This document shows positions 60,724 to 64,000 of a stretch of DNA of 64,000 nt, one piece after another. The notes beneath the pieces were generated by a model. The model made no database searches. It saw only the letters and a list, made by a program, of their open reading frames with translations, and was not told the DNA's origin. Position numbers and translations under genes: made by a program. The stretch comes from Thermomicrobiales bacterium (GTDB taxonomy: Bacteria > Chloroflexota > Chloroflexia > Thermomicrobiales > UBA6265). The stretch covers positions 10,429 to 74,428 of the forward strand of contig JAMLHN010000008.1 of assembly GCA_023957115.1 (NCBI GenBank), read 5' to 3'. How positions within the stretch are numbered: position 1 is the stretch's first letter; each line of letters begins with the position of its first letter.

Positions 60724-61761
60724 ATGAGCGGTTGGCGTTTCTGTGGCAACCGCCAATCGGTCGAGAAGCTTCGCTCCGCCGCAGCTCGACGTTCGCCACG
60801 GCATGCGTTTCTGATCACGGGTATTCCCTCGGTGGGGAAGCGGACGCTGGCGATGCGGTTCGCCCAGGCGTTGCTCTGCGAGCATCCCGCGAACGGAGAT
60901 CCATGTTTCGATTGCCCGAGCTGCCGGCGCGTGCAGCGGGAATCGCATCCTGACATCTCGATGTTTTCACTCGAACGGCAGAATGCCCAGGCGAGCGGGC
61001 GAGGGAATCCGCCGGCATCGCTGACGATCGAGACGGCTCGTGCGATCTCGGCACAAGCTCCGCTCCGGCCGATGAATGGAAATTGGCGCATCGTCATTGT
61101 CGATGACGCGGAACGTCTGCAGCCGGACGCGCAGGAGGCGCTGCTCAAGACGATCGAGGAGCCCCCGTCGTTCCTGGTGATGCTGCTGGTCGCCTCGGAT
61201 GTGGAATCCATGTTGCCCACGGTTAGAAGCCGGTGCGAGCATCTCGAGCTGGCGGCGGTGCCCGCTTCGGAGATCGAGCATTTTCTGGTCGACCGGGGTG
61301 CGGCCGTCGACGTCGCCAGTCTGACCGCGTCGTTTAGCGGAGGCGCGCCTGGGTGGGCGATTCGTGCGGTCGAGGATTCCGCGTTGCTCGAAGAGCGTAC
61401 GTCGATTGTCACGCAGGCGGCGTCGTGGATTGGCTCCACCGAGTTCGAACGGATCGCGACGGCGTTTTCTTTGAGCGATGGCTGGCAACGACAACGAGGT
61501 GAAACATCCGCGGTTCTCGAAGCCACCGCCGGCCTCTGGCGGGATTCCCTCCTGATCAGGAGTGGCAACTCCGATAGAATTGTGTATCGAGCCCAATCGG
61601 ACTTGACGGAACGACTCGCTGGCTCGCATGACATTTCAGAATTACTCAACGCGCTGAGCGCGGTGTGGACCTGTCTGGATGACCTCCGGATCAACGTTCG
61701 ACCGAGACTCGCGTTCGAATCGATGGTGCTTTCATGGCCGAGAATGCCGGCCCGCAGCTAG
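60724..61761 (+). CDS. holB: DNA polymerase III subunit delta'
   Basis: The product contains HAFLITGIPSVGKRTLAMRFAQALLCE..CFDCPSCRRV (Zn module)..VIVDDAERL..LLKTIEEPP..TVRSRC. An alternative TTG start lies at 60718. Confidence 0.9.
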   Translation: MSGWRFCGNRQSVEKLRSAAARRSPRHAFLITGIPSVGKRTLAMRFAQALLCEHPANGDPCFDCPSCRRVQRESHPDISMFSLERQNAQASGRGNPPASLTIETARAISAQAPLRPMNGNWRIVIVDDAERLQPDAQEALLKTIEEPPSFLVMLLVASDVESMLPTVRSRCEHLELAAVPASEIEHFLVDRGAAVDVASLTASFSGGAPGWAIRAVEDSALLEERTSIVTQAASWIGSTEFERIATAFSLSDGWQRQRGETSAVLEATAGLWRDSLLIRSGNSDRIVYRAQSDLTERLAGSHDISELLNALSAVWTCLDDLRINVRPRLAFESMVLSWPRMPARS

Positions 61762-62960
61762 CGGGTGGTGTCGCCCAATCTCCTGTTTCCCTTCCTCGCA
61801 ATGTCGACGAGGCCCGTACGCTTGCCAAACAGCGCTTCAAGGAGCGTCTGGCCAACGGCGAGAAAGTGGGCGACTGTTCGTGCCATGACGAATCGGCCGA
61901 CCAGGTCGCGGTCGAGCCCGGCGACGGCCAGCGGGTCGTCGGTGCGCGCTTCATCGATTCGGGACAGGTGTACTTTTTCGACCCTGGCTCGATCGAGCTC
62001 GAGACGAACGACTGGATCGTAGTCGAGACGAGTCGCGGACAGGAAGCTGCTCGCGTGGTGATTGCACCGCATCAGGTTGCTGCCAGTCAGCTGAAAGGAG
62101 AGCTCAAGCCAATCCAGCGCCGTCTGAGCGAGCGCGATATCGAACGGATGGAATCGCTCCGCAAAGAGAGTGCGCAAGCCATTCGGACATTCAGCGCCGA
62201 GATCCGCGCGCGCCAGCTCCCGATGAAGCCGGTCACCGCGGAATACAACTTCGACGGCAGCCACCTGACGCTGAGTTTCTCGGCCGCGGACCGGGTTGAT
62301 TTCCGTGAGCTTGCGCGTGATCTGGGACAGAAGCTCAAATGCCGCATCGAGCTGCGTCAGGTGTCGGCCCGCGAGGAGGCCAAGCTTCTTGGTGGCGTTG
62401 GGCGATGCGGGCGGACGTTGTGTTGCTCGACCTGGTTGCCGATGTTCCCCGAGATTACGATGGGTATGGCCAAGACGCAGGACCTCTCCTTGAACCCGAG
62501 CAAGGTTTCGGGCGTCTGTGGCCGTCTGCTCTGCTGCCTCTCTTACGAGAATGAGCAATACCGGCAGATGAAGGCAGTCATGCCGAAGCTGGGGCAGAAG
62601 ACCGAGACGCCGCGAGGCCCCGGCACGGTCGTCTCGCTGCAGCTCTTGAAGGGGCTCGTCACCGTGTTGGTCGATTCGGACAATACCGAAGAGACGTTCC
62701 CGGCACGTGAGCTTGGCTTTGGCGATGCGCCGGTTGCTCCGATTCGGATGGAGCGCAAACCGAAGGCGTCCACCGTCGAGGCGGCCAGCCCTGCTGTGGC
62801 GGACGTGACAGCGGAGGCGGATTCCGGCGACCCCACGCCAGAAGATCAACCCACCGCGCAGCCGAGTGGGAGCAAGAGCGGCAAGCGCCGTCGTCGCCGA
62901 CGCCGGGCCGGCGGACAGGGAGGCCAACAAGCTAACAAGGGGAGTGAATCGACCGAATGA
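61734..62960 (+). CDS. PSP1 domain protein (YaaT/RicT-like)
   Basis: The product contains VVGARFIDSGQVYFFDPG..IVVETSRGQEAARVV..YNFDGSHLTLSFSAADRVDFRELARDL..GRCGRTLCCSTWL..GVCGRLLCCLSYE. It has a basic KRRRRRRR tail. The N-terminal start is uncertain. Confidence 0.85.
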   Translation: MAENAGPQLAGGVAQSPVSLPRNVDEARTLAKQRFKERLANGEKVGDCSCHDESADQVAVEPGDGQRVVGARFIDSGQVYFFDPGSIELETNDWIVVETSRGQEAARVVIAPHQVAASQLKGELKPIQRRLSERDIERMESLRKESAQAIRTFSAEIRARQLPMKPVTAEYNFDGSHLTLSFSAADRVDFRELARDLGQKLKCRIELRQVSAREEAKLLGGVGRCGRTLCCSTWLPMFPEITMGMAKTQDLSLNPSKVSGVCGRLLCCLSYENEQYRQMKAVMPKLGQKTETPRGPGTVVSLQLLKGLVTVLVDSDNTEETFPARELGFGDAPVAPIRMERKPKASTVEAASPAVADVTAEADSGDPTPEDQPTAQPSGSKSGKRRRRRRRAGGQGGQQANKGSESTE

Positions 62961-63265
62961 CCACCTACTTGGTCATCCATACACCGATCGAATCGAACGA
63001 GACCGACGTGAAACCGCCGACCGATCTCGTCGGCCTCGCAACCCATCACGGTAAGTCCGATGCCGCTCCCCGGTGGCTGAAGGCTTGGTCGCCGGATCTC
63101 TCGGATGATCGGATCTTTTCGCTTTGGGAAGCCAAGAACGCGGGCGAGATCGTGCTCGTGCTGGAGCGTTTCGGCTTTCTGGATCAGATGGACTACGCGG
63201 CAATCCCGGTCAATGAGTGGGGACCAGAAGAGATTCTGGCAACTCAGGATCAGGGGAACGAGTGA
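62957..63265 (+). CDS. hypothetical small protein (DUF4242/DUF3303-like alpha+beta fold suspected)
   Basis: The 102-aa product starts at an ATG that overlaps the upstream stop (ATGA). The sequence is MTTYLVIHTP..WLKAWSPDLSDDRIFSLWEAKNAGEIVLVLERFG. The family assignment is by eye only. Confidence 0.45.
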   Translation: MTTYLVIHTPIESNETDVKPPTDLVGLATHHGKSDAAPRWLKAWSPDLSDDRIFSLWEAKNAGEIVLVLERFGFLDQMDYAAIPVNEWGPEEILATQDQGNE

Positions 63266-63332
63266 TCGAGCGGGCGACCGAAGCTCGCTCGTCTTCGCGC
63301 GGAGTCGTCGTTAGTCACCGGACGGTGCGGAC

Positions 63333-64000
63333 TTGCTGCTCGACCTCGAGATACGAGATTTCGCCATCATCGACGAGCTGCGTATCCAGCTGGGTTCGGG
63401 GCTCAATGCCCTGACTGGGGAGACCGGGGCAGGGAAGTCGATCATCATCGATGCGCTCGGGGCCGTGCTGGGCGAACGGGTCTCGGCAGATATGGTGCGC
63501 ACGGGTGCCAGGACTGCCTATGTCGATGCCAGATTCGATCTGGACGGAACTGGCTCGTCGCAGGTCGTGTCGGGCCTCTTGGATGATCTCGGGATCGAGT
63601 TTGCCGATGGTGAGCTGATCCTCAGCCGGGAGATCCAGGCAGGCGGCCGGAGCACCGCGCGGATCAACGGACGCACGGTAACTGCTGCCTTGCTGGCGTC
63701 GCTGGGGCAGCATTTGATGGACATCCACGGCCAGAGCGATCATCTGTCCCTGCTGCGTCCTGCGGCTCAGCTGGCCATCCTCGATCGTTACGCGCACCTG
63801 GATGGAGATCGAACGGCCGTTGCCGAGCTGGTGCGTGATTGGCGCGCCGTCCGCGCCCGGCTCGACGCAATCGACACCGGCGCGCGTGAGCGTGCCCAGC
63901 GCGCCGACCTGCTCCGTTTCCAGGTCGAAGAAATCGCCATGGCTGCGCTCCAGCCGGGAGAAGACGAACAACTGGACATCGAGCGCAGCCGGCTCGCCCA
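63333..64000 (+). CDS. recN: DNA repair protein RecN (N-terminal part; runs off the right edge)
   Basis: Translating by hand from the TTG at 63333 gives LLDLEIRDFAIIDELRIQLGSGLNALTGETGAGKSIIIDALGAVLGERVSADMVR..INGRTV..DIHGQSDHLSLL. There is no stop before the window end, so it is absent from the ORF track. Confidence 0.9.
   Translation, partial: MLLDLEIRDFAIIDELRIQLGSGLNALTGETGAGKSIIIDALGAVLGERVSADMVRTGARTAYVDARFDLDGTGSSQVVSGLLDDLGIEFADGELILSREIQAGGRSTARINGRTVTAALLASLGQHLMDIHGQSDHLSLLRPAAQLAILDRYAHLDGDRTAVAELVRDWRAVRARLDAIDTGARERAQRADLLRFQVEEIAMAALQPGEDEQLDIERSRLA

Overview
This is a high-G+C (about 60% by eye) bacterial chromosomal segment, densely packed with about 57 protein-coding genes, one tRNA and two T-box leaders. 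Gene content and T-box use suggest a Terrabacteria lineage, possibly Chloroflexota/Thermomicrobia-like, but that placement is a low-confidence inference. Almost everything is core housekeeping:
- thrS (partial) and ileS, each behind a T-box leader;
- a DD-carboxypeptidase, tRNA-Val(GAC), RNase HI and an EF-G paralogue;
- coaX, a Ctp protease, and an OmpR-type regulator followed by pstSCAB-phoU;
- the ftsY-ffh SRP pair, radC and mreB;
- a trehalose-to-alpha-glucan (GlgE pathway) cluster: malQ, a GH57 branching enzyme, mak, treS, glgE, glgX;
- yajQ, rimO, and a CDP-alcohol phosphatidyltransferase/acyltransferase pair;
- rpsF-ssb-rpsR, a peptide ABC importer, greA, and a methyl-cycle operon (adenosine kinase-ahcY-metK);
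- holB, a PSP1/RicT-like gene, and recN (partial).

I found no CRISPR array, transposase, integrase, phage genes or toxin-antitoxin pairs, and no convincing multi-gene novel system. The points most worth a second look are:
1. Eight reading-frame disruptions sit in five genes, including the essential ffh and ftsY. Three genes each carry two shifts 50-80 nt apart. Assembly error is the most likely cause.
2. A membrane-anchored NERD-domain gene has a visibly lower-G+C 5' half.
3. A degenerate receiver gene lies divergent from a SprT-like gene (EELLH in place of HExxH) that is translationally coupled to a SpoU methyltransferase.
4. A canonical promoter and SD drive a 44-codon Arg-rich uORF ahead of the EF-G paralogue.
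5. An unrecognised Arg/Gly-rich small protein is divergent from mreB.
6. A GH57 enzyme sits where GlgB would be expected in the GlgE cluster.

Many long ORFs in the supplied track are antisense shadow ORFs typical of high-GC DNA and were rejected.
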